From: Callorhinchus milii
Taxonomy: Eukaryota
Direction of reading: 5' to 3'
NCBI RefSeq assembly: GCF_018977255.1
Contig: NW_024704743.1
Location: forward strand, 115,694,001 to 115,758,000
Length of the DNA: 64,000 nucleotides
A model generated the notes under the pieces. That model did no database searches. It saw only the letters and a list, made by a program, of their open reading frames with translations, and was not told where the DNA came from. Both the position numbers and the translations under genes were made by a program. Below are positions 52,081-64,000 of the stretch, piece after piece. The number at the start of each line of letters is the position of its first letter. The first letter of the stretch is position 1.

Positions 52081-53267
52081 TGAGAGCCAGCACACAAAGA
52101 TGGGCTCAATGGCCTCTTCTATTGCTGTAAAGGCTGTATGGGTGCTGACAGTTTAATTGCTCACAACATTTTGGCTTTGAAAAGTTTTTGATAAAGTGTT
52201 CGAAAGGTCAATATTGGAACAAATTTCCCTGCTCTCTCTCTTTTGCCCCAGTTGATCCCCTATTTTTACTCTTCCACCTTCTTTCATATTTTTCCTACCA
52301 TCTCCCTTCTCTTTTTTCCAGCTTCTTTCTCTCTCCCACCTTCCTCCACCTTTCCTCTCCTCCCATCTCTTCTTTCTATCTGCACTATATAAGCTTTAAA
52401 CTTCTACTTTGCTATTTCACCCTTACTTCAAACCAATCATTTCTCCCCTTTCTTTCTCTGTACCCTCTCTCTCTCTCTCCCCCTAGTTTTCCCCCTTTAC
52501 CTTCCTGACAGCGCAGAATTTCTGTGATTTACTCACGTTAGAATTTCTTGAACTTTGTTCAACTTCTGGAAATTACTCTGTTTCTTTCTGCTCTATGGGT
52601 CTAAGATGTTTCCAAGGTGTTGTGCCCGGCAATGGAGTATCAACGCTGTTGCGGACAGACCAGCTAGCTTGGCTCATTGGCAGAACTCGGAGAGGCAGAT
52701 GAGCCAAAAGGAAAGGGATTCTTCCCACTTCCAATCTTGTAAGCCAAAAAATGGTAGGGTAGTCCTAACCAGACACGCTGCTGGTATCTTGCAGGACAAT
52801 GCTCTCAGTGACAAGCTATGCAGTTTTAACTGGTTAAACTCCAGCAATAACCAAAAGGGACTGGGGTTCCCAAGCTTAATTCCTTCCGAAGTTAGGCTAG
52901 CAGAGTACATCCCTCCGGAGAGAGAGTGTGCATTCCAATCTTAGTTAAATGGAATTTTCCACATGTAGGAGGTAGTATGCATAAGTGGAACTCTCAGTCT
53001 GGTTTTGGATGCTCATAATCCGATTGTGTCAGACACTCAGCTGATCCAATTTAAAAAAAATCTTCCCTTTGTTCCCTTTTGGGGTTTTGGCGCATTAAAG
53101 GTTCTGCTTTCTTCCCATTCGATCACTGTAAATAAACCTCAAGTGATTAACCCTTTGGGGTCCAGAATGAAAAACACAATTTAAATGGGAACACTGTCAC
53201 TATAAAAATCCCTTTGGTATCTTAATTTGTCATGAAATTTACAATACACTGAACTTAAAATAAACTT

Positions 53268-53528
53268 TCCAGGCAGGGCGAAACCTTGGGCAAGTTTCCT
53301 TACTCCACACGCCTAATAATAATCCCTCCAAAGCCAAAAACAATAATAAATTGGTCATTTTCAATCTACGACTGTTTGTGGGACATTGCTGTGCGCAATT
53401 GGCTGCCGCGTTCGCCCACAAATATACAGTCAATTCACTTTACAGTGTGTTCTGTGAAGCGCTTTGGGACGTCCTCCTGACGTGAAAAGCGCTATATCAA
53501 ATGCAAGGATTATTATTATTATTATTAT
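53268..53528 (+). mobile_element. 5'-truncated young SINE, short subfamily
   Basis: Near-identical to the 51245 and 17848 copies. Confidence 0.9.
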
Positions 53529-54147
53529 AAAATCAAATTTTAAGGATATAAAACAGCAGTGTTGCACGTTATAAAATCTGATTTCAAAAGTGAATTGAAT
53601 TGGATATATACTTGAAAATGAAAAAAAAACTGCAAGACTATGGAGAAAGACTGGGAGAGTGGGACTAATTGGAAGCTCTTTCAAAGAGTCGGCACAAGTA
53701 CGATGGGCTGAATGCCCTCCTTCTGTGCTGTAGGATTCTATGATTTTAAGTGCTTTGAGACTCCTTGATAAGGCACTATTTCAAATGCAAGGATTTTTAT
53801 TATTATCATTATCTTGTGAAGGAGATACGGGCATGCTCCATTCAAAGCACTTATAGTTCTCTGTGTAGTTTCATTCCCCGAACACCCACCCCCTAAAACA
53901 CACACACACACACATCATAATACACACACAAACAACACACCTAGTGCGTTGATAGCAACTCAAATTCAGTCATTGAGGAACGGCAAATTCTGACCTATGT
54001 GCTGCCTTTTAATTTAGACTGGCCTTTGACCTCTGCCAGCTTTAATTCATATGTGGTTTTGTTAAAGCACAAGTTCCACGTGGCCTTGTTTGAGTGGAGA
54101 AACATGTCATTTAGCCCAGCAAACCTGCACTAGTGTTTTTAATCTTC

Positions 54148-54840
54148 TATCCCATATCTGCACCATGACCCGCTCTGCCATCCCCCACCTCCGCAACGTC
54201 GCCCGGCTCTGACACTGTCTCAAACTGCAGGCCGCCTAAACCCTCATACACGTCTTCATTACATCAAGGCTCAACTAACAAATTCACTGCTTGTCGGCCT
54301 CCCCAACTCCTCCCTCCACAGGCTGCAGATTATCCAGAACTCTGCAGCCCGTGTCCTCTCCCGCACTAGGTTCCGTGACCCTATCACCCCCATCCTGGCT
54401 TTCCATCACACAGAGGATACAGTTCAAGATCCTGGTCCTCACGTTCAAAGCCCTCCACAATCTTATTCGCTCCTACCTCTGCAACCTTCTAACCCCCTAC
54501 CACCCTGTTCGTTCCCTTTGCTCAGCGGGCTCCGGCCTGCTTCATGTCCCCCACCTTGCTCGCCCCACTATCGGTGGGGGGACCTTCCACCACTCTGCAC
54601 CCACCCTCTAGATCTCCATCCTGCAGTCCCTCTGTCTCGCCCCCTCCCTCGCCACCTTCAAGACCCACCTCAAGACCCTCCTCTTTGACCGTGCTTTCAA
54701 TCACCCTGCTTCCCCCCCTGCCCTCCACTCGCCCCAACCCCGACCCTCAGCTCGCATCCGTAACTCTGTCTGTCCAGCGCTTTGGAACGTCCTCCTGACA
54801 TGAAAGGCACTACACAAGTGTAATTTTGTTGTTGTTGTTA
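54148..54840 (+). mobile_element. L2 LINE 3' fragment
   Basis: QRIQFKILVLTFKAL and L2 tail. Confidence 0.88.
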
Positions 54841-54859
54841 ATCTTCAATTTCCTGCTCA

Positions 54860-55270
54860 CTCTCCGTATCTTTTAAACAGTACAACTCTTCCAGTAGCTG
54901 TGTAATTCCTTTTTAAAAGAATTGATGGATTCCACATTCCAGCCACCTCCTGTGTAAAGAAATACTTTCTGATCTCCCCTTTAATTCCTCCCATGATCAT
55001 TTCCACCATCTCATTACTCACTGATGGAAATAATCGGTTACTCTTTACCACATCCTAACCTTACACAATCCTGAAGACCTCTATCAGACCCCTTAACCTT
55101 CTGAGCTCCAGCGGAAAGATCCCAACCTCTCACCATAACTGAAAACCCTCATCCCTGGTAGCCTCCAGGTGAACTTACGCTGCAAATTTCATTGCTTTTA
55201 AATCCTTCCTATAATGAGATGCCTGAAACTGGACACTCCCAATTATGTCTTAACTAAGGCCTTGCACATG
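54860..55270 (-). mobile_element. Degenerate CR1 fragment
   Basis: IRKYFFTQEVAGMWN motif; similarity to the 30.3-31.1 kb copy. Confidence 0.7.
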
Positions 55271-55869
55271 CCTATTGTGGAGGTGTTATTTCCACCCCCC
55301 AAGCTGCCGGCTGGGCGGGGAGAAGGTGGGGTGAGGGGGAAAAGTCAATCAGGCGATAGAATGTAGTGCTTAGAGTAAATAATGAGAAGCAAGGAGAGAG
55401 AAGGACTCCATTAAAACATGCACTTTTGTGACTCTGTTCTGGGCGGAGAGAGCCCGAGGTGCCTCATCCTAATGGTTGTTCTCCTTGCTTATTTCAGCTC
55501 TGTGCCTTTTCCCTGAGTCCTAAACTGAGAGTAGACTTACCATCCTGCAGCACATCTCAAAACACGCAAAGCTCTTGTCACATTTTAAACACGTAGAGTG
55601 ACCCAGCCATGTATGCAGCAGGAAACCCGCAACCCCCAACCGCTGCACAAAATGTCACAAACAGTGGGATTAATTTAAAAAAGTGTGATTTAGGACATAA
55701 AATGGGTGAGAGCATTGCCATCCACTCACTAGAAAGCTTGCAAGGAGTTCCTGGTACCTATCATCCACCAAGTGAGGGTTCAAACCCATTCTTGTCAGAT
55801 GTTAAATGAACTATGCTCCTTCGAGGGAGGTAAGCGGGGTCTTCTTGGAGTTGAACTGGCTCCAAGGTG

Positions 55870-56370
55870 ACATGCTTCGCAACCACATCATTCCCACCCT
55901 CGCTCGCCTCCACTGGCTCCCCATCCCCCAGAGGATCGAATTCAAGATCCTCATCCTCACCTACAAGGCCATTCTCCCTCCTACCTCTCCGACCTACTAT
56001 CCCCCTACCTACCTGCCCGTACCCTCCGTTCCTCTGGCTCCGGTCTGCTCCACATCCCTCGCCCTAACCGCCCTACCATCGGTGGCCGGGCCTTCTGCCT
56101 CTCAGCCCCTAGGCTCTGGAATTCCATCCCCCAGTGCCTTCGCCTTGCTTCCTCCCTTTCCTCCTTCAAGGCCGGTCTCAAGACCTTTCTCTTCAACTGT
56201 GCCTTCAGCTCCCCTCTCGACTCTCTACCCCCTCCTCGCTCCCTCCCTTCCCTCCCCTCACCCTGACCATTTCCCCACTGCTCGGGTCCCGACCCAACTG
56301 TCCAGCGCCTTGGGAAGTCCTCCCGACGTGAAAGGCGCTCTATAAATGAAATCTTTTTGTTGTTGTTGTT
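55870..56370 (+). mobile_element. L2 LINE 3' fragment
   Basis: LARLHWLPIPQRIEFKILILTYKA and intact tail. Confidence 0.88.
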
Positions 56371-56394
56371 CTTGGTAACTGAATATTGAAATTG

Positions 56395-56915
56395 AGCCAA
56401 TTCTCTTTGGTGGTCTTGCTAGTCCAATTCCTGATCCAGTGGTGCCCAATACTGCAGGGCACTGCTAATGACAGCACAACCAGTCTGGCTCATTGGCAGG
56501 ACTTGAAAGGGCAGACCAGTCATTGGAGGCAGGGAATCCTCCCACTCAACTCCAATTAACCCTGCAAGCCAAAGCCCTAAAGGGTGGTCCTATCTGGACA
56601 AGCAGTGAGAAGGAAAGCTTGCCAGGCAGTGCTCTCAATGGTAAGCTGTGCAGTTTTAGCTCCAGCAGTTCCCCAACGCACAGTCTGCGATCCCCAAGCC
56701 TTGGCTTTTGGCCAACCTGTGCCTAATACTTTCCGGAATTCGGTAAACAGGATGCATCCCTCCAGGGAGAGAGTGCAATCCGTTCCAATAAACATCTCAT
56801 TGGATTTCCGTATGTAGATGGGATGCACAAATCTAGCAGTTTGCTTTCGATACTCTTAAGCATGGTGATGGGTTGCTGCAGGTGTCAGACACCCGGGTTA
56901 TCAAAGAAAAAAAAC
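56395..56915 (+). mobile_element. Unclassified ~500-bp dispersed repeat, most complete copy
   Basis: Homologous copies at about 21830-22075(+), 23240-23690(-), 29550-29780(+), 52620-53060(+), 58270-58600(-), 63395-63720(-). Ends gtgtcagacacccgggttatc + A-rich tail. Confidence 0.75.
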
Positions 56916-56982
56916 AAGCAGTAATGGAACAACTATGATGGGTCAAATGGGTACCTTCTGTGCTGAAAATTTTAATGTTAGG

Positions 56983-57347
56983 TGTCAGCCTGGCTCAGTT
57001 GGTAGCACTCTCGCATCTGAGTCAGAAACTTGTGAGTTCATGCCTCCATGTTTTGACTTTAACTCATACAGCTTAGGTTAACATTGCAATATAGTGCCTG
57101 GTGTCTACTGCAATGTCAGAGGTGCCATCTTTCAGGTGAGATGTTAAATCAAATCTCTAATTTCTTCCAATGTTCTGGCAAATAATCCCCCAAATAAAAT
57201 TGTTCATTTACTTCTTGACTGTTTATGGGACATTGCTGTGAGCAAATTGGATGCCATGTTCACCTGCAAGATACACAATAACTACACCTCACAGTATATT
57301 CTCCTGACATTAAAGGCGGTATATCAAATACAAGGATTATTGTTATT
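56983..57347 (+). mobile_element. Older DeuSINE/SacSINE1-like SINE
   Basis: Head tggctcagttggtagcactctcgcatctgagtcagaa, central aggtgccatctttcaggtgagatgttaaa, L2 tail. Similar copies at about 27100-27595 (+), 59808-60165 (+), 58640-58980 (-), 44484-44760 (-). Family name from recalled consensus, not a search. Confidence 0.7.
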
Positions 57348-60300
57348 ACAATGGTCAAATCTAACCTAATGCTCGGCAATCACATTAAATTGTGTGATTT
57401 ATTTTCTTGCTTACAAGCAAGTAAATGAATGGTCCTCCATTGTTTAAATAGTGAAGGGACAGATCTTCTCTCTCTTGAGCCTGTCACAATATTGGCTCAG
57501 CTAATCTCTGTGAAACCAATGTTCACATTCCAGTGTGATTGCTTTTGTACGGTAGCTCGTTATTTTAATGAGTATTCCAGCAAAGTTTTTTCTAAATTTA
57601 AAAAAAAGTAAATTCAGGGAAGCCACTTCGGATAAAGTAGATCTGAGAATAAGATAGAGCGGAAAAAAAACAAAGGCGACTGCAGTCCTGACCTCCTACT
57701 GTGGCTGTTGGGAATCTGTTCCCTTTCTGCTTTTTGTTGCAGTGTCAGGAGAATGGCGGGGGGCGGGGGAAGAAGCCGAGGGGAAGTGTTTAAGAAACTG
57801 ATGCTGGGGAAGGGATCAGAGGGCTTTTAATAGTGAAGCATTTTGATGCAGAAGTGGGATTTGTGTCAGGCAGGGGGAGGCTGGTGCTGGAGAAGGGTTT
57901 TCGTGCAGAGGAGGGCTATTGGAAAATGGGGAAGGTTGAGGCTGATACAGGGGTTGGAGTTTGTGATGGGTAGGAGGTTGGTGTTGGGGAAGGGGTTATT
58001 GCATGAGGAGGAATTTGTGCTGTCATGCCAGGAGAAGGATTGTGTTGTAGGACATTCATGGGTGGTGTGCGTGTAGTGTGTGTGTGGGGTAATTAAGTAA
58101 TTAAGACAGAAAATGATATAAAAAGAATAAAGGGTGATAAAGTGCAGCAGAGAGGAAGAATGAACAGAGATCCAAAGGAATGGAAGTTTGGGAAGAGGTG
58201 TAGATCTCAATTGGAAAAACTTTGAAGACCAAATCCCACTGGCACAGAGCCTACCATAGATTCATGGTTCCTTTCCCATTTGGTCAACCGGGTGTCTGGC
58301 ACACGAAGGAAACTCATCACCATGCTTAAGAATATCCAAACCAGACTGCGCGTTCTCTGCAAGCCACCTCCATTTGCAAATGTCCGTGTCTGGAATGGAA
58401 TGCACACTATCTCCCCTAAGCAATGTACCCTGCTTACCTAATTCTGCAGAGTAATAGGCATAGGTTGGCAAGAGCCATGGCTTGGGGATCCCAGAGTGTG
58501 TGTTGTGGTACTGCTGTTTAACCAGTTTTATACCAGCTACAACTACATAGCTTGCCATTGAAAGCATTGTCTGGCAAGCTTCTCACTGGTTCATGGATAC
58601 AGCCACCTTCCAGTCTGAAAATAAAGCACAGTAGTTATGTTTTATAATGCTTTATCACATTGATCTCTTGGAAATTACTGTCCAGTGTAGCAATTTTTTT
58701 TGTAGGCAAATGTGGCATCTATTTTGCATATAGCAAAGTCCCACCAACAGCTATAGAGTGATAGATTAAGTTATCTGGAGAATTGCTGACCAGGACACTG
58801 GGAGAAATTCTCTTTTTGAACAGTGTACAGGATGTTTAACATCCATCTGAGGATAAAGTAAAAGAGACCTCATCTTATGTTTCCTCTGACAATTTAGCTC
58901 TGCCCCCCCCGCCCCTAAACCCTGCACCCACCCTGCAGTATTAGGCTTGTCAACCTGGACGTTTAGCTCAATTCCTAATACTGTACAGCCAGACTAGATC
59001 CTCATTACAGTGAACCCTAATCGTTGGAATACACACACACTTGCGTATACACTTCAGATACCTACTGCATGCTTTTCCTGTGCAGTTAAGGCAGGAACCT
59101 TGAGCATCTGCTGTGTGACTGCGCGTGTTTGTTGTTTTGGCTGAAGTCAGAGTTTAGTTTCTCTGTTTCCTCCATCCGTGCCGACTCCCCTGGTAGTTCA
59201 GCAGGCGCAGCTGATTGAGAACATCTGGCTCAGCTCCTTTGATCAAATTGGGTTGCTGTTTAGCCAGCCACTCTGTCCATTATGAAACTGGCCAGACCTT
59301 TTAGCTTTGATTAAAGGAATTATCCACAGAAAAAGCAATGTGATAATTGAGCAGTGATCTCTAGGGTTAAATAAGGTTAGCACCGGAGGGAATAGATAGT
59401 TTGTAGCAGTGACTATTGATGTAGGGCGTGAAACTGGCAAAATATTGATAAGGATGCACTTTTACATCGATATTAATTTTTATGATATTTTTGTGTGAAC
59501 GAGAGGTCAGTGTAGGAATTGTATGCTTTTACCAGTGCTGATTCCAGTTATTGGCTGTATATTTGGATGTTTCGCTGTGGATATTCATTTCCAAATCTAA
59601 ATGGAATATTGGGTGTGCCATTATATATTGGGAACTATAATTTGGCCCTTTGATTAATGAATGAAGTGAAAGGTGAAGGAAAACAACCGGGTTGAAAATG
59701 ATCACATCAGAGAAAATTCCACCTGTAGATGTCTGGGGCTGGATGTGACATGCCCCCCCCCGATGTTGTATCAGATAAAATTGCTTGAGATGGTGGCTTA
59801 ACTCAATAGGTGTTAGCAGTTCGTAGCACTCTCGTCTCTAAGTCAGAAAGTTGTGGGTTTAAGCCCCATGTTGGGACTTTGAACTCACACAGTTTAGGTT
59901 GACATCCCAACACAGTGCTGAGATGTGCTGCGTTGTTAAACGTGACGTTCTTCAGATGAGATATGAAACCGAGGTCCTTGTTCAGGTGGACGTTAAAGTT
60001 TCCGTGGCACTATTCGGAAAGAGATGGGAACGGCTGTTTGTGGGACCTTGCTATGCACAAATTTTGCTTTGGCTGCCATGTTCGCATACGTCACTATACT
60101 TTAAAATAAATCCTGTCTCAAAGATGTGATAAGGTGCTATTTCAATTGCAAGGATTATTATTGTTGTGTAACTCTGGCCTTTAGGAAACTGAAGCTGCAT
60201 AGCTAAATCTATATCAGAGATAATCTCTAAAGCTCCAGAATACAAACAACGAAACTTGTGCGTTATGTGTCACTGCAAAAGCTAAGCGCTCCGGGATGCT

Positions 60301-62559
60301 ACCCCGCATGAAGGGTGCTATATAAATGCAATTTGTTGTTGTTGCAAACATCAAAACAAACAATAGAAACTTAAGTGGTCAAATCTAGTGTCCCTACCAT
60401 TTTATCAAGTATATGTACTTTCGTTTGGTGGTGGTGGGAGGAGGTAAGAATGAGAAAAAAGAGCAAATAGTTTAATTATTAGTTGATAAAGAAAATGTTT
60501 CCAAGATGTGGATGAAACACATAGAGCTCCTTCTTAATCCTGGGACTCCCGCTGGAAGGAAGGATTGCAGTCTTCCGTTCCTCCCGGCACCCCCCTTCCT
60601 CTGCAGTCCTGGCAATGCTTTGATACCCGGGCTGTAGGAATTGGACCTTCCCTATCTCTTTCCGACCACAGTTTGGGACTTTAGCCTCAGGCAGTACACC
60701 TGCCCATTCTCTTCCCTCCCCTTCCCCCAGGTAACCTGCCCTTTCTTAAGGTTCAAACAAATATCCGTAGTTTATTGATGATCACAGAAAGCGCTTACAA
60801 AATGGATAGTTTTAACATAAAACAAAGAATATACCTTTATCCTATAGGAACCTTCAGTGTTTATTGTGCAGGTTTTGTTTTGTAAACCATTTCCTGTTGG
60901 ATGTGTTTGTGGAGAAGTACAAGGGAGGGAGGGGAGAGGGTATAGGTACAGAAGTACAATGGTACAAATACAGAGCAGCGTTTGCGTAAGTTGTTCTATT
61001 TTGATTTCCATATAACAGCACTTACTCAGTGGGATTTTTTATTTTCACGTGCCTGTCCAAATACTACACTGTTTATCCCCAATGGAAATAAATACATAAA
61101 ATATAAAAAGAAGCTGCAGTTCTCCCACCTTCCAGTTATATATTATTTAATCTTAACTGGCTCTTCCAGTTATATATTATTTAATCTTAACTGAGATCAG
61201 CTAATATGCCTCCAGGATGGTTTACATATGCACATTGTTTACACATGGCTCATGATAGAACCTACTGTTAGGATTTTTGCTTTTATTCATTTTAATAAAA
61301 TGACACAGCTCCTTTTAGAAGTCAAAATCTTCCCAGATATATTGGTCGTTCACTTCATGACTGTTTGTGGGACTTTGCTGTGGTTACATTAGTCACACAT
61401 TTGGCAACATGTACACAGTTACTACACTATAACAATTACCCTTAAGCATTTTGCGACATTATGGACACTATATTAAAGTTAACGGGTTTTCAAAATTGGC
61501 AGCCACATTTGCCCACAAATGCACAGTCACTATGTGCAGTAAATCCTGTGAAGCACTTTGAGACGTTTCAACAGAGATAATGCTCTATCAAATGCAAGGA
61601 TTCTTCTTTTATGATCTTCAACAGCAATGAGACCAACAGGACCTCTCTGTAATGCCTCCTCTGACATTGCAGTGCGCCTTTGCTCCCTCCAACAGTGCTT
61701 GCAGGAATGTCAAAATTTCCATGTTAAACCAACTAAATAATGCCATTCCAGATGCAGTGTTGAAAATGGGAAGAATTCTGTGCACTTTGCTCTGGGTCAG
61801 AAGGGAAAGCTTGAAAGACCTTATCTCACCAAGATTTGTTTCTGGTTTACAAACCAGAAAATCCTGCTTATTCTCAGCAAACAGGACATTCTGATCCTTA
61901 AAGACAGAGGCACAGGATATATGAATCAATTCATTTTTTTCTCACTAATTTTCCTCCTCCAGTTGAGTTGTCCCCCACCTCCTCCGAAGGCATTTGATCA
62001 CCTCTTTCCTTCTAGTGGTCTACGTTTTTTTTGGGTGTCCTCCAGTAAAAGTTTCAAATGCACCGGGGGGAGAGGAGGTGGGAAGAGTCAGCACACGCTG
62101 AGCAAAATCACATCCTCAACCTGAAATCAATATACATCATCCATTGGGGAGGGTGGGGATTGAATGGGGGTGATCTAGCAATAAGGAGCACAAACCTTGG
62201 CTAATTTTCATTCAGCCTCCCCCAAATTCAGGGGCTTCAAAGCCTATTTTAGCACAATACTTGCTGCACTGGTTGAGGTCAATTAGTGATCTCAAGTTGC
62301 AGCTGAAGTCAAGGTCTCGTGAGTTGGCCGACCATACGGAGGATATCCCGCTGACAACAGGATTTATGTTCTGGTGGTGAACCGTCTCTGTAACGTTACC
62401 TCAAACAAGATGATTTGTTTTTCAATTTGCCATTAAGCCACAGATGGAGTATTATGTCTAGTCTGGGCTACCAGACTATAGAAAAGATGTCAAGTCCATA
62501 GAGAAGGTACAGAATCCTGCCACTAGTTCGCTGTTCAGCTTTATTATATATAATAATAT

Positions 62560-62865
62560 TATAATCCTCACATTTAATATAGTGCCTTAACACATCTCAA
62601 AGCGCTTCACAGAATTTTTTTTGTAAATTGAATTGACTGTATTTCTGGGTGAAAAGCAGCACAGCAGTGACCCACAAACTGTTGTGAACTCAGTGACCAC
62701 ATTTTTGTTGTTGTTTTTGTTATTTTTTTGGAACGATTATTACACCCGGAAAAGCAATCCACCGATTGACAAACAGCCGGGTTCCTACTTACTGCATGTG
62801 GAGTAAGAAAATTTGCCCAAGGTTTCATCCCACCTGGGAACCAAACTCGGGTCCTCTCACTTGCT
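62560..62865 (-). mobile_element. tRNA-derived SINE, long subfamily
   Basis: Same consensus, more diverged. Confidence 0.8.
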
Positions 62866-64000
62866 GAGCAGTCTTCAGCTGTTCCTTCTGGGCAGGTGAT
62901 CTCCAGACACAAGTCTAACACTGGTTCATGAATGTATTTTTGGGGTCGACATTAGTGGTTAGCTGGTCTTTATAGATCTGTTTATCTATAGACCAAATAA
63001 ATTGGTCATTTGCTTCATGGCTCATTGCAGGCCCTTCTGTGTGCATATTTCCTGCTGCACTGCTAATGCTGATTCTTTCTCTTGACCCAGAGTTGGCACT
63101 TGAGTTCTGCACAACAGATCAGCAGTTGTGTTAAGGAAGTGTTAATATTTTTAATAGTAATTATTGCTGGTGATAATTCTGACATTCAATATTGTATTTC
63201 ATCCCTATAGAATATTATAGCATACAAACAGATCATTTAGCCCATCAAGCCTGCACTGGTATTTTTCTCCATCTGAGCCCTGATGGGGCTTGGACCCCCA
63301 GCTTTTTTCAGTTAGTTGAGCAGAGGGGATGACAGAAAAGTGGGTTAAGAGAAGAAATAGAGAGGTGCTAGGGCATGAAGGGATTTTTACGTGAAAGCAA
63401 GAGTCAAGGATTGGGGGAGTCCCAGGGTGTGTGTTGGGGTAACTGCTGGAGATTCTCCAGCTAAATCAGCATAGCTTGCCATTGAGAGCATTGTCTGGCA
63501 AGCTTCCTGCTGCTTGTCCATCTTGGACCACCCTCCCCAAGAGCTTTGGCTTTGTCTTAACAGGAATTGAGTTGGAAGAATCCCTAACCCCAGTCTGCCC
63601 TTCCATGTCCTGCCAATGAGGCAGGTTGGCTGATCTGCCACCAGCAGTGCCTTGTAGTACTGCTGTGCTGCCTGGCTCAGGAACTGGACTACTGAGACCG
63701 TCACAGAGGGTTGGTCAACATTCTCTTACAAAGCACGTCATCTTGGTGCCAGCTCAGCTCAGAGATCCTGCCTACCTTACAACCCCCGCCCTCACACACA
63801 CACACAAGGAAACTAGTTCAACCTGAGTTCTGCTTAAGTCTTGATTGCTGCTTTGGCTGGGATTCAGCTATTTCAGCACAGTCCAGGATTAGAACCTGAA
63901 CCATCCATATGGGTTCATTCTCATCTGAGTGGTGGCTTTGCCAACTAGGCCATCAGGAGGGGGAGGCAAAACCCTGAAAAAGCACATATTTACAATAGAG

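Larger units (their letters stand above)
50990..52140 (+). mobile_element. CR1 3' end interrupted by two SINE insertions
   Basis: CR1 3' pieces (gcattcaaaagggaatcggataaac / tatggggaaagagcagggg / gatgggctcaatggcctc) flank and separate the SINEs. Confidence 0.65.

Noticed and set aside
61695..61894. Possible phase-2 second exon for the 50464 gene (ccctccaacAG then SACRNVKISMLNQ...)
   Set aside because: Phase fits, but there is no convincing donor and no recognisable protein similarity.
17200..64000. TRAPPC9 or KCNK9 coding exons expected from synteny
   Set aside because: No matching peptide seen in the ORF track or by eye; short exons could have been missed.
1..64000. CRISPR array or other prokaryotic defence system
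   Set aside because: Spliced vertebrate genes and vertebrate retroposons throughout; no repeat-spacer array.

Overview
Vertebrate genomic DNA, most likely a cartilaginous fish and probably a chimaera such as Callorhinchus. That assignment is inferred from the SINE/LINE repertoire and AGO2 residues, not proven. The window holds the last five coding exons of AGO2 (+, 395-4791) and a roughly 7-kb transposon-free 3' UTR. A complete, convergent three-exon CHRAC1 follows (-, 14095-16427, 159 aa) with a CpG-island promoter. The remaining ~47 kb is repeat-dense: L2 and CR1 LINE fragments, two generations of tRNA-derived SINEs with L2-type tails, Penelope pLTR fragments, and a structured ~500-bp repeat family I cannot name. 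Near 50.0-50.7 kb is a probable promoter and first coding exon of an unidentified + strand gene (MDIKESGSVVLTAYHSY...). The best leads are minimal hammerhead-ribozyme motifs in the Penelope fragments, a 53-codon open frame behind the UGA-C stop of AGO2, an 86-bp perfect inverted templated copy 12 kb apart, the unidentified exon, and let-7 site clustering in the AGO2 3' UTR. No prokaryote-type system (CRISPR etc.) is present, and I cannot claim a proven new biological system from sequence alone.
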